Shown here one piece after another: positions 1 to 8,197 of a stretch of 64,000 nt of DNA. Both the position numbers and the translations under genes were made by a program. Origin of the DNA: Elusimicrobiota bacterium (lineage in GTDB: Bacteria; CAYTYR01; UBA6262); contig PMCA01000034.1 in NCBI GenBank assembly GCA_003153935.1, positions 561 to 64,560 on the forward strand, written 5' to 3'. The stretch's first letter is position 1. The number at the start of each line of letters is the position of its first letter. The notes under the pieces are model-generated. The model was not told the DNA's origin and searched no databases. It was given only the letters and a program-made list of their open reading frames with translations.

Positions 1-1
1 A

Positions 2-214
2 CAATTAGAAAAAGTATTAATGATTGCGGACGGGGAGAAGATCAGCGTCGGCAAACCGGAAGTGGACAAAGCCACGGTGAAAGCTGAAGTAGTGGGCGAA
101 GACCGGGCCAAGAAAGTAGTGGTTTTCAAGTATAAACCCAAGAAATCCTACGCCCGCATGATGGGGCACAGGCAGGATTACACCAGGATAAAAATTACTG
201 GAATTTCTCTTTAA
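2..214 (+). CDS. rplU: 50S ribosomal protein L21 (5' end lies outside the window)
   Basis: Frame open from base 2; L21 C-terminal motif KVVVFKYKPKKSYARMMGHRQDYTRIKI; directly upstream of rpmA. Confidence 0.95.
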   Translation, partial: QLEKVLMIADGEKISVGKPEVDKATVKAEVVGEDRAKKVVVFKYKPKKSYARMMGHRQDYTRIKITGISL

Positions 215-220
215 AAACAA

Positions 221-252
221 ATTACACAGATTACAAGAGAGATTACACAGAT
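221..252. repeat. Short imperfect direct repeat (attacacagat x2 with an intervening attacaag)
   Basis: attacacagat at 221-231 and 242-252 in the rplU-rpmA spacer. Confidence 0.55.
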
Positions 253-273
253 AAAGCGAAGGGGTGAAGTAAA

Positions 274-543
274 ATGTCAGGCAATAAAAGTGGCGGCGGA
301 TCAGCCGTAAACGGCCGGGATTCATCCGGCAAGCGATTAGGAGTTAAAAGAGGAGACGGCCAGACGGTAACGGCCGGTTGTATCCTGGTGCGTCAGCGCG
401 GGACCAGGTTCTACCCCGGGCTTAACGTAGGTATCGGCGCGGATGATACTCTATTTGCTTTGGTTGACGGAACTGTTAAGTTCAAATATACCAAAGGCGG
501 AGACAGGCAGATCACGGTAATACCAGTTCCCTCCTCAAAATAA
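274..543 (+). CDS. rpmA: 50S ribosomal protein L27
   Basis: [40 protein letters not shown] motifs; rplU-rpmA-obg synteny. Confidence 0.96.
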   Translation: MSGNKSGGGSAVNGRDSSGKRLGVKRGDGQTVTAGCILVRQRGTRFYPGLNVGIGADDTLFALVDGTVKFKYTKGGDRQITVIPVPSSK

Positions 544-546
544 AAT

Positions 547-1809
547 ATGTTTGTTGATAACTGTAAAATATTCGTCAAAGCCGGCGACGGCGGCGACGGT
601 TGTATCAGTTTCCATCGCGAGAAGTTCGTACCTCTGGGAGGCCCGGACGGAGGCGATGGCGGTAAAGGTGGAGATGTCATTGTTAAAGCAAGGGTAACCT
701 TGCGCACCCTGATAGACCTGAGAGTTCGTCCTCATTATAAAGCGGAAAGAGGAGATCACGGGCTGGGTGATAACAGATATGGCAGAGGTGCTCCGCCTTT
801 ATTTATTTATGTGCCCCTGGGAACGGTGCTGCAGGATGCCGATACCGGGAAAATAATTGCCGATATGACGCACGATGGCCAGGAGATAGTGATAGCCAAG
901 GGTGGACGCGGCGGCAGGGGTAATGCCAAATTCAAGAGTTCTTCCCGGCGCGCGCCGAGAATAGCCGAGCGCGGCCAGCCGGGTGAGAAACTCACCCTGA
1001 AACTGGAGTTGAAATTACTAGCCGACGTCGGCCTGGTGGGCTACCCTAACGCCGGCAAGTCAACCTTACTGGCGCATGTTTCCAAAGCCCGGCCCAAGAT
1101 AGCTGATTATCCTTTTACCACTCTTACGCCGAACCTGGGCGTGGTCAGCTTCGGAGAAGGCAGTAGTTTCGTCGTAGCGGATATCCCCGGTTTGATCGAA
1201 GGCGCGCATAACGGCACCGGTCTGGGCGATGAATTCCTCAGGCATATAGAGCGCACCAAAGTGATCGTACATGTGGTAGACCTCTTCGGGTTCGATGATA
1301 AATCGGCGTGGCAAAATTACCAATCCATCAATAAAGAATTGAAATTATACAGCCCCAAACTAGCCAAAAAACCGCAAATTATCGCTTTGAATAAAATAGA
1401 CTTGCCGGAAGCCGAAGAAAAACTCAAAGAATTAAAAAAGCATTTGAAAAAGAAAAAATATTTTACCATTTCCGCGCAGGCCGGCACCGGCTTGCAGGAA
1501 TTAATGGGTGAAGTTTTTGAAGAATTGAAGTCAGCCCCCGAACCGGACCCGATAATCATTCCGGAGGCGGTAGAGGAAATACGGCATGACCTGGAGTTTG
1601 AAGTAAAGAAAGCAGGCGATATCTTCGTCGTTCATGGCAAGCATGTAGAGAAGATCGTATCCATGACGCGGCTGGAAGAAGAAGAGGCCCTGGGCCGGAT
1701 GCACAATATCCTGAAAAGGGTCGGGGTAGATAAAGCGCTTAAAGATAAAGGGATCAAGCCGGGCGATACCGTACGGATCGGCGGATTTGAATTCGAATAT
1801 TCGGAGTAG
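547..1809 (+). CDS. obgE: GTPase ObgE/CgtA with C-terminal OCT domain
   Basis: Gly-rich Obg fold, GLVGYPNAGKST, DYPFTTL, DIPG, NKID; C-terminal GVDKALKDKGIKPGDTVRIG. Confidence 0.97.
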   Translation: MFVDNCKIFVKAGDGGDGCISFHREKFVPLGGPDGGDGGKGGDVIVKARVTLRTLIDLRVRPHYKAERGDHGLGDNRYGRGAPPLFIYVPLGTVLQDADTGKIIADMTHDGQEIVIAKGGRGGRGNAKFKSSSRRAPRIAERGQPGEKLTLKLELKLLADVGLVGYPNAGKSTLLAHVSKARPKIADYPFTTLTPNLGVVSFGEGSSFVVADIPGLIEGAHNGTGLGDEFLRHIERTKVIVHVVDLFGFDDKSAWQNYQSINKELKLYSPKLAKKPQIIALNKIDLPEAEEKLKELKKHLKKKKYFTISAQAGTGLQELMGEVFEELKSAPEPDPIIIPEAVEEIRHDLEFEVKKAGDIFVVHGKHVEKIVSMTRLEEEEALGRMHNILKRVGVDKALKDKGIKPGDTVRIGGFEFEYSE

Positions 1810-1812
1810 ACC

Positions 1813-2919
1813 ATGCATTACAAAAGAATAGTCATAAAGATCGGCACCAGCACCATAACTGATGAAAAAGGGAATCTCAACCTGCGCCAAATGCGTATTT
1901 TGGTGGAGCAGGTAACGCAAATGTCCAACCAGGGCCGGGAAGTGATACTGGTTACCAGCGGAGCCATTGGCGCTGGCGTGGGCCGGCTGGACCTGCATAC
2001 TCGTCCACAGACCATCAGGGAGAAGCAAGCCGTGGCCGCAGTGGGGCAGACCCATTTGATGCGCCACTATGAAGAGTTATTCAATGAATTTGGCTTTAAA
2101 GTAGCGCAGATTCTACTGACCCAGGAAGATATGCGGGCGCGGGATCGCTATTTAAATGCACGTAATACTATAATGACCTTGCTCGAATATAAGGTAGTTC
2201 CGATAATAAATGAGAACGATACGGTAGCGATAGAAGAGATCAGATTCGGCGATAATGATACTTTATCAGCCCTGGTAGCCAGTAAAATAGAGGCCGACCT
2301 GCTGGTAATACTCAGTGATGTCGCCGGGCTGTATACCTCCGATCCGCATAAGGATAAGGACGCAGAGTTGATCAATGTGGTGGACGAGATCAATGATGAA
2401 GTGGAAACGATCGCCCTGAAATCTACCGGCAGTTCCCGTGGTGTGGGTGGGATGTACACCAAGATCCAGGCGGCGAAAATAGCCACCGCCAGCGGAGTGA
2501 TGGTAGTAATTGCCGATGGCATGAAAGCCAGCGTATTAAGCGACATATTTAAGGGTGACGATATAGGTACCAAGTTTTTACCGAGCCAGGCAAAGATATC
2601 CGGCCGGAAGAAGTGGATCGCCTTTGCCAATCGCTCCAGCGGCAAGATCATGATCGATGACGGGGCGGTAAAAGCGCTGACCAAGATGGGAAAGAGTTTG
2701 TTACCCAGCGGCGTAGTCTCCGTCGAAGGGGATTTCCGTTTAGGAGATATGGTTACCGTGGTGGACGGTGATGGTGACGAAGTGGCGCGCGGCCTGGTGT
2801 CATTCAGCAGTGACGAGATAGAGAAGATCAAGGGTAAAAAAACATCCGAGATCGGCAAGATCCTGGGACATAATGACTATGATGAAGTGATCCACCGGGA
2901 TAATCTCGTTATCGTTTAA
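1813..2919 (+). CDS. proB: Glutamate 5-kinase with PUA domain
   Basis: RIVIKIGTS, PIINENDTV, FGDNDTL, GGMYTK; C-terminal PUA (KSLLPSGV...IHRDNL). Confidence 0.96.
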   Translation: MHYKRIVIKIGTSTITDEKGNLNLRQMRILVEQVTQMSNQGREVILVTSGAIGAGVGRLDLHTRPQTIREKQAVAAVGQTHLMRHYEELFNEFGFKVAQILLTQEDMRARDRYLNARNTIMTLLEYKVVPIINENDTVAIEEIRFGDNDTLSALVASKIEADLLVILSDVAGLYTSDPHKDKDAELINVVDEINDEVETIALKSTGSSRGVGGMYTKIQAAKIATASGVMVVIADGMKASVLSDIFKGDDIGTKFLPSQAKISGRKKWIAFANRSSGKIMIDDGAVKALTKMGKSLLPSGVVSVEGDFRLGDMVTVVDGDGDEVARGLVSFSSDEIEKIKGKKTSEIGKILGHNDYDEVIHRDNLVIV

Positions 2920-2923
2920 AACC

Positions 2924-2945
2924 TGTCTCGGATTGATTTCTTGGT
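2924..2945 (+). repeat. Truncated copy of the 100-bp palindromic repeat
   Basis: tgtctcggattgatttcttggt is identical over 22 nt to the reverse complement of the 3' end of the 16585-16684 copy. Confidence 0.75.
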
Positions 2946-2959
2946 GATTTAGGAGCCTT

Positions 2960-3181
2960 ATGATCGGCATAGTTGATAGGATAGAGGATGGTAAGATAGC
3001 GGTTATTAAGATCAGGGGTGGCGGGGAACTGCTGATCCCGGTGAAGAACCTGCCGTTAAAAGTATATGAAGGCGCCTGCCTGGACATCTGCATGTCGCTG
3101 GACCGTAAAGAAGAGACTAAACAGCGCAAGAAAATCAAAGACCTGCAAGAGGACCTGCTGAAAAGAAATGCGAAAAAATAG
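2960..3181 (+). CDS. DUF3006-like small protein
   Basis: MIGIVDRIEDGKIAVI start, C-terminal helix ending ...LQEDL; SD aggag; this family is commonly found next to ComEC-type MBL genes. Confidence 0.75.
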   Translation: MIGIVDRIEDGKIAVIKIRGGGELLIPVKNLPLKVYEGACLDICMSLDRKEETKQRKKIKDLQEDLLKRNAKK

Positions 3182-4037
3182 CCGTTTATTAATTATAGTA
3201 TTCTTTTTCCTGCTCTTACCCCTCCATCTTAGCGCCCAAAACCTAACCGTTACTTTTATCGATGTCGGCCAGGGTGATAGTATTCTATTGGAAACACCTA
3301 TTGGCCATAATATCCTTATCGATGGCGGAGGGACCCCAGCCTGGCGCAAGCACGCTTATAATATAGGCGCTTTGCGGATCGCTCCGTTGTTGAGAAAAAA
3401 GCAGATAAAAATGCTGGATAAAGTCATCTTGACCCACGGGCACGCCGATCATGTGGAAGGCCTGCTGGATATAATCAGCCTTTACCCGGTAAAAGAAGTT
3501 ATTGACACCAGGGAGGGCGGCGGCAGCGCGGATGATGAGTATGTAAAGTTCCTGGAACTGGTCAAAGAAAAGAAGATCCGCTACCGGGTGGTTAAAGAGG
3601 GGGATGTACTGGAGCTTGATCCTGACCTGAGCGTGTGGGTATTAAATCCCCCAAATAAATTAAGTTATAACAATGCTAATGATAATTCCCTGGTGCTGCA
3701 GGTAGTGTATCGCCAGGTTAGCTTTTTACTGGCGGCGGATATCGGCCAGACCGCGGAAAGGCGCCTGGTTGGAAGATATGGAGCAGCGATACATTCGCAA
3801 GTGCTAAAGATAGCGCATCACGGCTCGAAGACTTCATCCTGCGCCAGTTTCCTGGATGCAGTCAAGCCGGAGCTGGCGGTAATATCCTGCGGACGGAACA
3901 ATACTTTTGGGCACCCTCATCCGGATGTTATCAAAAGATTGAAACGCAAGAAGATACAGTACCTCAATACAGCCTATCAGGGAAGCATAACGGTAACCAC
4001 TAATGGCGAGAATTTCCAGGTCAAAACTGAATATTAA
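3168..4037 (+). CDS. Exported ComEC/Rec2-type metallo-beta-lactamase-fold hydrolase (no Competence channel domain)
   Basis: FIDVGQGDSIL, LIDGG, THGHADHVEG (HxHxDH), NDNSLVL, LLAAD, KIAHHGSKTS, NTFGHPH; N-terminal signal peptide ending LSA. Confidence 0.9.
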   Translation: MRKNSRLLIIVFFFLLLPLHLSAQNLTVTFIDVGQGDSILLETPIGHNILIDGGGTPAWRKHAYNIGALRIAPLLRKKQIKMLDKVILTHGHADHVEGLLDIISLYPVKEVIDTREGGGSADDEYVKFLELVKEKKIRYRVVKEGDVLELDPDLSVWVLNPPNKLSYNNANDNSLVLQVVYRQVSFLLAADIGQTAERRLVGRYGAAIHSQVLKIAHHGSKTSSCASFLDAVKPELAVISCGRNNTFGHPHPDVIKRLKRKKIQYLNTAYQGSITVTTNGENFQVKTEY

Positions 4038-4617
4038 AATTGTTATTCTGGGGCTATTAATTTGCGCGGCCCCGGCTCAGGCGGCGGAGGCGGTATCTGT
4101 AACCAAAGTTGAGATACTCAACCAGGATGTAAACCCCAGCGCTAATATAGTTCTGAACGATATTATGGCGATCAGGGAAATAAAAATAAAGGGAGACATC
4201 AAAACCGGGAATATTAGTCTGTCCTACCCTGATTATATCAACAAGCAGGGCCGGTCCATACCACAAGTGGAGATAGTTAATGAATCCCTGGCGAAAACAA
4301 TAAGGCAGGCGATAGTAACGGGCGCTCCTTCCCAGCAAAAACAAGTTGACTTTAATTATAAAATTGCTAAAATAAGCTTATTAAGACAGAAGGACCAGCA
4401 CCTAAAGGCTTTTGTGTCGGTTTTTTTCAATGCCGCCATAAAGGTGGAAGCCCGGGTAATGGAATCGAAAACGGGATTGTGGGTAGCCTGGCCGGGACGC
4501 AAGGGTAGCAGTGGCAAGTGGCAGGACCAATTTAAGATATTGGATTATCCTGCCAGCCAGAAGTTAGACAACATGATTGTTGAAAAATATAAAGTAGTGC
4601 GCAGTGAGGAGCCCTGA
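4003..4617 (+). CDS. Signal-peptide protein with two tandem SpoVG-like domains
   Basis: Signal peptide KIVILGLLICAAPAQA; second domain LKAFVSVFFN..IKVEARVMESKTGLWVAWPGRK...WQDQFKIL...KLDNMIVEKY follows the SpoVG pattern; first domain is a more diverged repeat. Confidence 0.7.
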   Translation: MARISRSKLNIKIVILGLLICAAPAQAAEAVSVTKVEILNQDVNPSANIVLNDIMAIREIKIKGDIKTGNISLSYPDYINKQGRSIPQVEIVNESLAKTIRQAIVTGAPSQQKQVDFNYKIAKISLLRQKDQHLKAFVSVFFNAAIKVEARVMESKTGLWVAWPGRKGSSGKWQDQFKILDYPASQKLDNMIVEKYKVVRSEEP

Positions 4618-4620
4618 TAC

Positions 4621-5412
4621 ATGAACCTGTTCTGGCCGGTGTTTGAGAACCTGGTAATGCCTTTTATCGCGGGGCTTTTTTATTTTTTCCTGGCCCGTTA
4701 TATCGCCTATATCGCCCCGTTAAGGAAGCTGGTCACCGGTGATATCACCTATAAGGGAGCTTTCTGGGGTTTTATCTTCTTTGGCTTGTTCCTGATGACA
4801 CGGCCTCTGCAAATCGCGCTGGGGCCGCACCCAATGTCATTGATCGTGAACGATATCCGGGAATTTATCATGATCGGGTTGTTCGCGCCGGCGGTGTTCG
4901 TCGGCTTGACCAGTTTTGCCCTGGGTTTCGAGAATATAAGGAAACAAACAGTTTTGCTGGTTTTTGGTCTTGGCATTGCGCTGGCCGTCACTTTCTGTAT
5001 AGTAAACAGATTAGCTATCGGCGGCTCAATGGAGATCTTCAGGATAGGGAATTACTCGTTTTACGATGGTAAGTGGTTCGATTCATCAAATCCCGATTCC
5101 CACCTGATGCCGATACTTTTTATTATCCGGGTTACTGACCCGGTTCTGTTTATGATCATGCTGGGGATTTTCTGTTTCTGGCGCGCCATAGTTTTTCCCA
5201 AGAACAGCGTCTATGACAATATGCCGGCAAAACTGGTATTCCAGGGATTGGCAGTGATGAGCTTCGGCCTGAGCATGCTGTTCACCGGGTTCATGGCGGT
5301 CATCTGGAACATCCCCAACCAGTGGTGGATATATTATTTAGGAGCGATCCTGGCCGGTGTATTTGAATCGGTCAGCCTGAGTTTCCCTTTACATAAAGAA
5401 CAGAAGATATAA
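4621..5412 (+). CDS. Stand-alone 7-transmembrane protein of unknown function
   Basis: Seven hydrophobic segments, long loop between TM4 and TM5, no cytoplasmic output domain. Confidence 0.75.
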   Translation: MNLFWPVFENLVMPFIAGLFYFFLARYIAYIAPLRKLVTGDITYKGAFWGFIFFGLFLMTRPLQIALGPHPMSLIVNDIREFIMIGLFAPAVFVGLTSFALGFENIRKQTVLLVFGLGIALAVTFCIVNRLAIGGSMEIFRIGNYSFYDGKWFDSSNPDSHLMPILFIIRVTDPVLFMIMLGIFCFWRAIVFPKNSVYDNMPAKLVFQGLAVMSFGLSMLFTGFMAVIWNIPNQWWIYYLGAILAGVFESVSLSFPLHKEQKI

Positions 5413-5445
5413 TCCGCCTTCGCTAACGCTATGGCGCGATAAACT

Positions 5446-5479
5446 CCATGTTATGTTAATAGCATGGTGTTTTTATTTT
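5446..5479 (+). terminator. Probable intrinsic terminator
   Basis: ccatgttat-gtta-atagcatgg stem (one G-U pair) followed by tgtttttatttt. Confidence 0.6.
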
Positions 5480-5497
5480 GCCCTAAGAAAGCCGTAG

Positions 5498-7345
5498 ATG
5501 AAAATTATCAAAGTATTAACCTTGAGTTCCGCCATATTTTCAGGAATGCTGCTGTCCAGTGCTTACGGTTTGGACTTGAATAAAGCAACATACCAGGAAC
5601 TGCTGTCTTTACCCGGCATTAGTAAATTCCAGGCGTATAAGATAAATGAATACCGGGAAATATTCGGGTATTACCGGTCCCTGAATGAATTATTGAAGGT
5701 AGAAGGGGTGGGCCAGGAAGATGTGCAGGCTTGGCAGAGCTCCCTGGTGATCACGATTCCGGAGACAACCATTAAGCCGAAAGTGTCAGTGAGATTAAAA
5801 GACCAGCAGGTCAGGGGAGCGGGCGGCGGGAACTTCCAGTCACTGCATATGAAGGTGAAGGACCTGTACCGCTGCTGGTCAGCCGGACTGTTAGTGGAAG
5901 GGTACCGGCACTATATAGAATATGACATAGATGGCAGTCATGCCATGAACGGAGAATGGGACCCAACGCCCCGGTTGAACAAATTCTATCTCTCCTGGAC
6001 TCCGCATGGGGTAATTGACAGTATTTACTTCGGCGATTACCTGGCGGGCTTTGGTGAAGGGGTGGTAATGGATATCAGCGGCCGCTCCAAACCGCAGGGG
6101 CTTTATCCCGGTGACACCCCGGCTATGGAATATGACACGGCTAAGATTTCCGACCATTCGCTATTGAACGGTATTTCTCACCGGTCAACTAAGAGCTTTA
6201 GAGGTGTGGCGGCAGTGCTGGACCAGACCTATATCAAGGAAACGATTTTATATTCCAACAAGAATAATTCCTATTACGGGTTCTATGTGGAAGATGACCC
6301 TTTGAGAAAACCGCTGGAAGACTATTTTTCCGAGCAGGTGACCGGCCTGGATGTTACCGGGTTTGTTTTGGGTGAAACCGAAGTGGGAGTAACTTCTTAT
6401 TATTCAACCCGGAATGTCAAAGGCCCTGACCCCTGGCGCTATCCTGCAGGCAACAAGGATTTCCTGGTTTACGGGGCCCATGGATCTACTTACCTGGGAC
6501 GGTTTAATCTTTGTGGCGAGTTAGGTAAGGTAAAGGATCACGGCCAGGCCCTGTTTGTGGAAAGCAGCAGCAATTTCGCCAACCTCAATGTTTCTGCCAG
6601 TTTCCGGCAGTATGATATTGATTATACCAATCCTCATGCCGGCGTTTACTCTATCCATTACCCGCAGAGCGTGTTCCGCTGCCGGGATGAAAAAGGCGTT
6701 TTACTTAAAATGAAATGGCAAGTGTTCAGCATGTTCGGCCTGAACGCCTTCTTTGACCAGTATATTCACCAATACCAGGCTTATTGGAATAAAAGCAAAG
6801 GCGATTACGCTATCTCTGCCGGCAAGAAGGAAACCGACCGGGAATCCGGTATTGAAAGCAAAGCCGTTGTTATGAAGAAAGTTATAATAAATACCGGAAT
6901 ACGTTACAAGGACAATAATATTTACCAGAATTCGGGCAGTGAAAAGATAAACATCTCCAACAAGGTGACCTATGTCCCCAATGAAAAGATAGAAACATCG
7001 GTAAAATATTATATACGTCACTATATTTATCAAAGCGCGGATTACAGCCCCTATGATTATATGACCGTGGCCTTATCATATCAGGTCGCCAGGGCCTGCG
7101 AAGTAGAGGGCACGGTAAAATATGCCAACATCTTTGTTTACCAGAACAGCTCCGGGATCGGCGAATATACAGTCGGCTGTCACTATAAAATAAATGACGA
7201 AATAAAAATGAATATAAGCTACACCGCCATGCCGCCTCTGGCCAAGAACTCCAGTTATGAATTCGAGGAAGAAGCGGACCTTTTGCCCTACGCCGACGCC
7301 TATTATCAAGATAAATTAGTCGCTGAAGTTGTCTTTCACTGGTAA
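5498..7345 (+). CDS. ComEA-type helix-hairpin-helix domain fused to a predicted outer-membrane beta-barrel
   Basis: Signal peptide; DLNKATYQELLSLPGISKFQAYKINEYREIFGYYRSLNELLKVEGVG (HHH_3); YFGDY..GFGEG and FRGVA motifs; aromatic-rich alternating strands; ends in VVFHW. Confidence 0.75.
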   Translation: MKIIKVLTLSSAIFSGMLLSSAYGLDLNKATYQELLSLPGISKFQAYKINEYREIFGYYRSLNELLKVEGVGQEDVQAWQSSLVITIPETTIKPKVSVRLKDQQVRGAGGGNFQSLHMKVKDLYRCWSAGLLVEGYRHYIEYDIDGSHAMNGEWDPTPRLNKFYLSWTPHGVIDSIYFGDYLAGFGEGVVMDISGRSKPQGLYPGDTPAMEYDTAKISDHSLLNGISHRSTKSFRGVAAVLDQTYIKETILYSNKNNSYYGFYVEDDPLRKPLEDYFSEQVTGLDVTGFVLGETEVGVTSYYSTRNVKGPDPWRYPAGNKDFLVYGAHGSTYLGRFNLCGELGKVKDHGQALFVESSSNFANLNVSASFRQYDIDYTNPHAGVYSIHYPQSVFRCRDEKGVLLKMKWQVFSMFGLNAFFDQYIHQYQAYWNKSKGDYAISAGKKETDRESGIESKAVVMKKVIINTGIRYKDNNIYQNSGSEKINISNKVTYVPNEKIETSVKYYIRHYIYQSADYSPYDYMTVALSYQVARACEVEGTVKYANIFVYQNSSGIGEYTVGCHYKINDEIKMNISYTAMPPLAKNSSYEFEEEADLLPYADAYYQDKLVAEVVFHW

Positions 7346-7357
7346 ATGTGGTATAAT
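7329..7357 (+). promoter_or_regulatory. Sigma70-type promoter with extended -10, probably giving a leaderless larB mRNA
   Basis: TTGTCT (7329-7334), 17 bp, TATAAT (7352-7357) preceded by TG at 7349-7350; ATG at 7365 lies 7 nt after the -10. Confidence 0.7.
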
Positions 7358-7364
7358 CCCAGCT

Positions 7365-8105
7365 ATGAATAAGGAAAAGTTAGAGCGCATATTGAAGCAA
7401 ATAGAGTCGGGGAAGTTATCCCCGGCTGAGGCTGTAACCCGCTTTAAGGATTACCCTTGCGGTGACCTGGGATTTGCCAAAGTTGACCATCACCGGCACC
7501 TGCGCCAGGGATTCCCCGAGGTCATCTATTGTCCCGGCAAGACCACTCCCCAGATAATACAAATAATCTCACAAATGAATAAGCATAAGGAAAACATACT
7601 GGCTACCCGGGCAGAGAAGCCGGTCTTTTTGGCGGTCAAGAAGAAGTTTAAAAAGGCTCAATATAACGAATTGGCCAGATGTATCGTCATACGGCAGGAA
7701 AAATCCGCCCGGAAGAAGGGTATCCTGATAATCACCGCCGGGACGGCCGACTTGCCAGTGGCGGAAGAGGCCAAAGTCACCTGCGAACTGCTAGGGCATG
7801 ATCCGGACACGCTTTTTGATGTCGGCGTAGCCGGAGTGCATCGCCTGCTGATGGAAACCGGTAAGCTGGCCAAGTCCAGGGTTATTATCGTGGTAGCCGG
7901 CATGGAAGGGGCCTTGCCCAGCGTGGTGGGCGGCCTGGTGGACAAACCAGTTATCGCGGTGCCGACCAGCATAGGTTACGGTGCGGCCTTTGGCGGCGTA
8001 TCCGCGTTGCTGGCCATGCTGAACAGCTGCGCGCCTAATGTGACTGTTGTGAATATTGATGATGGTTTTGGAGCCGGGGTAGTAGCGAGTTTAATAAACA
8101 AGTGA
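7365..8105 (+). CDS. larB: Nickel-pincer cofactor biosynthesis carboxylase LarB
   Basis: FAKVDHHRHLRQGFPEVIYCPGKT, TAGTADLPVAEEA, DVGVAG, AGMEGALPSVV, PTSIGYG, VNIDDGFGAG. Confidence 0.93.
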   Translation: MNKEKLERILKQIESGKLSPAEAVTRFKDYPCGDLGFAKVDHHRHLRQGFPEVIYCPGKTTPQIIQIISQMNKHKENILATRAEKPVFLAVKKKFKKAQYNELARCIVIRQEKSARKKGILIITAGTADLPVAEEAKVTCELLGHDPDTLFDVGVAGVHRLLMETGKLAKSRVIIVVAGMEGALPSVVGGLVDKPVIAVPTSIGYGAAFGGVSALLAMLNSCAPNVTVVNIDDGFGAGVVASLINK

Positions 8106-8106
8106 A

Positions 8107-8181
8107 AAGTTAAAAGTTTTAAGTTATAAGTTTAGGCATAATTCATTAACTTAACACTTTACACTTAAAACTTATAACTGA
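8107..8181. repeat. AT-rich inverted heptamer array, copy A
   Basis: Left arm aagttaa-aagtttt-aagttat-aagttta; right arm taactta-acacttt-acactta-aaactta-taactga; shares the 18-mer agttttaagttataagtt with 38761-38778. Confidence 0.8.
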
Positions 8182-8197
8182 TTTTATTAGGATTTTT

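Noticed and set aside
4621-5412. Microbial rhodopsin or heliorhodopsin
   Set aside because: TM7 has no lysine for a retinal Schiff base.
5412-5440. Second hairpin (ccgccttcgctaacgctatggcg) as a repeat element
   Set aside because: It looks REP-like but only one copy is present in the window and the stem is imperfect.
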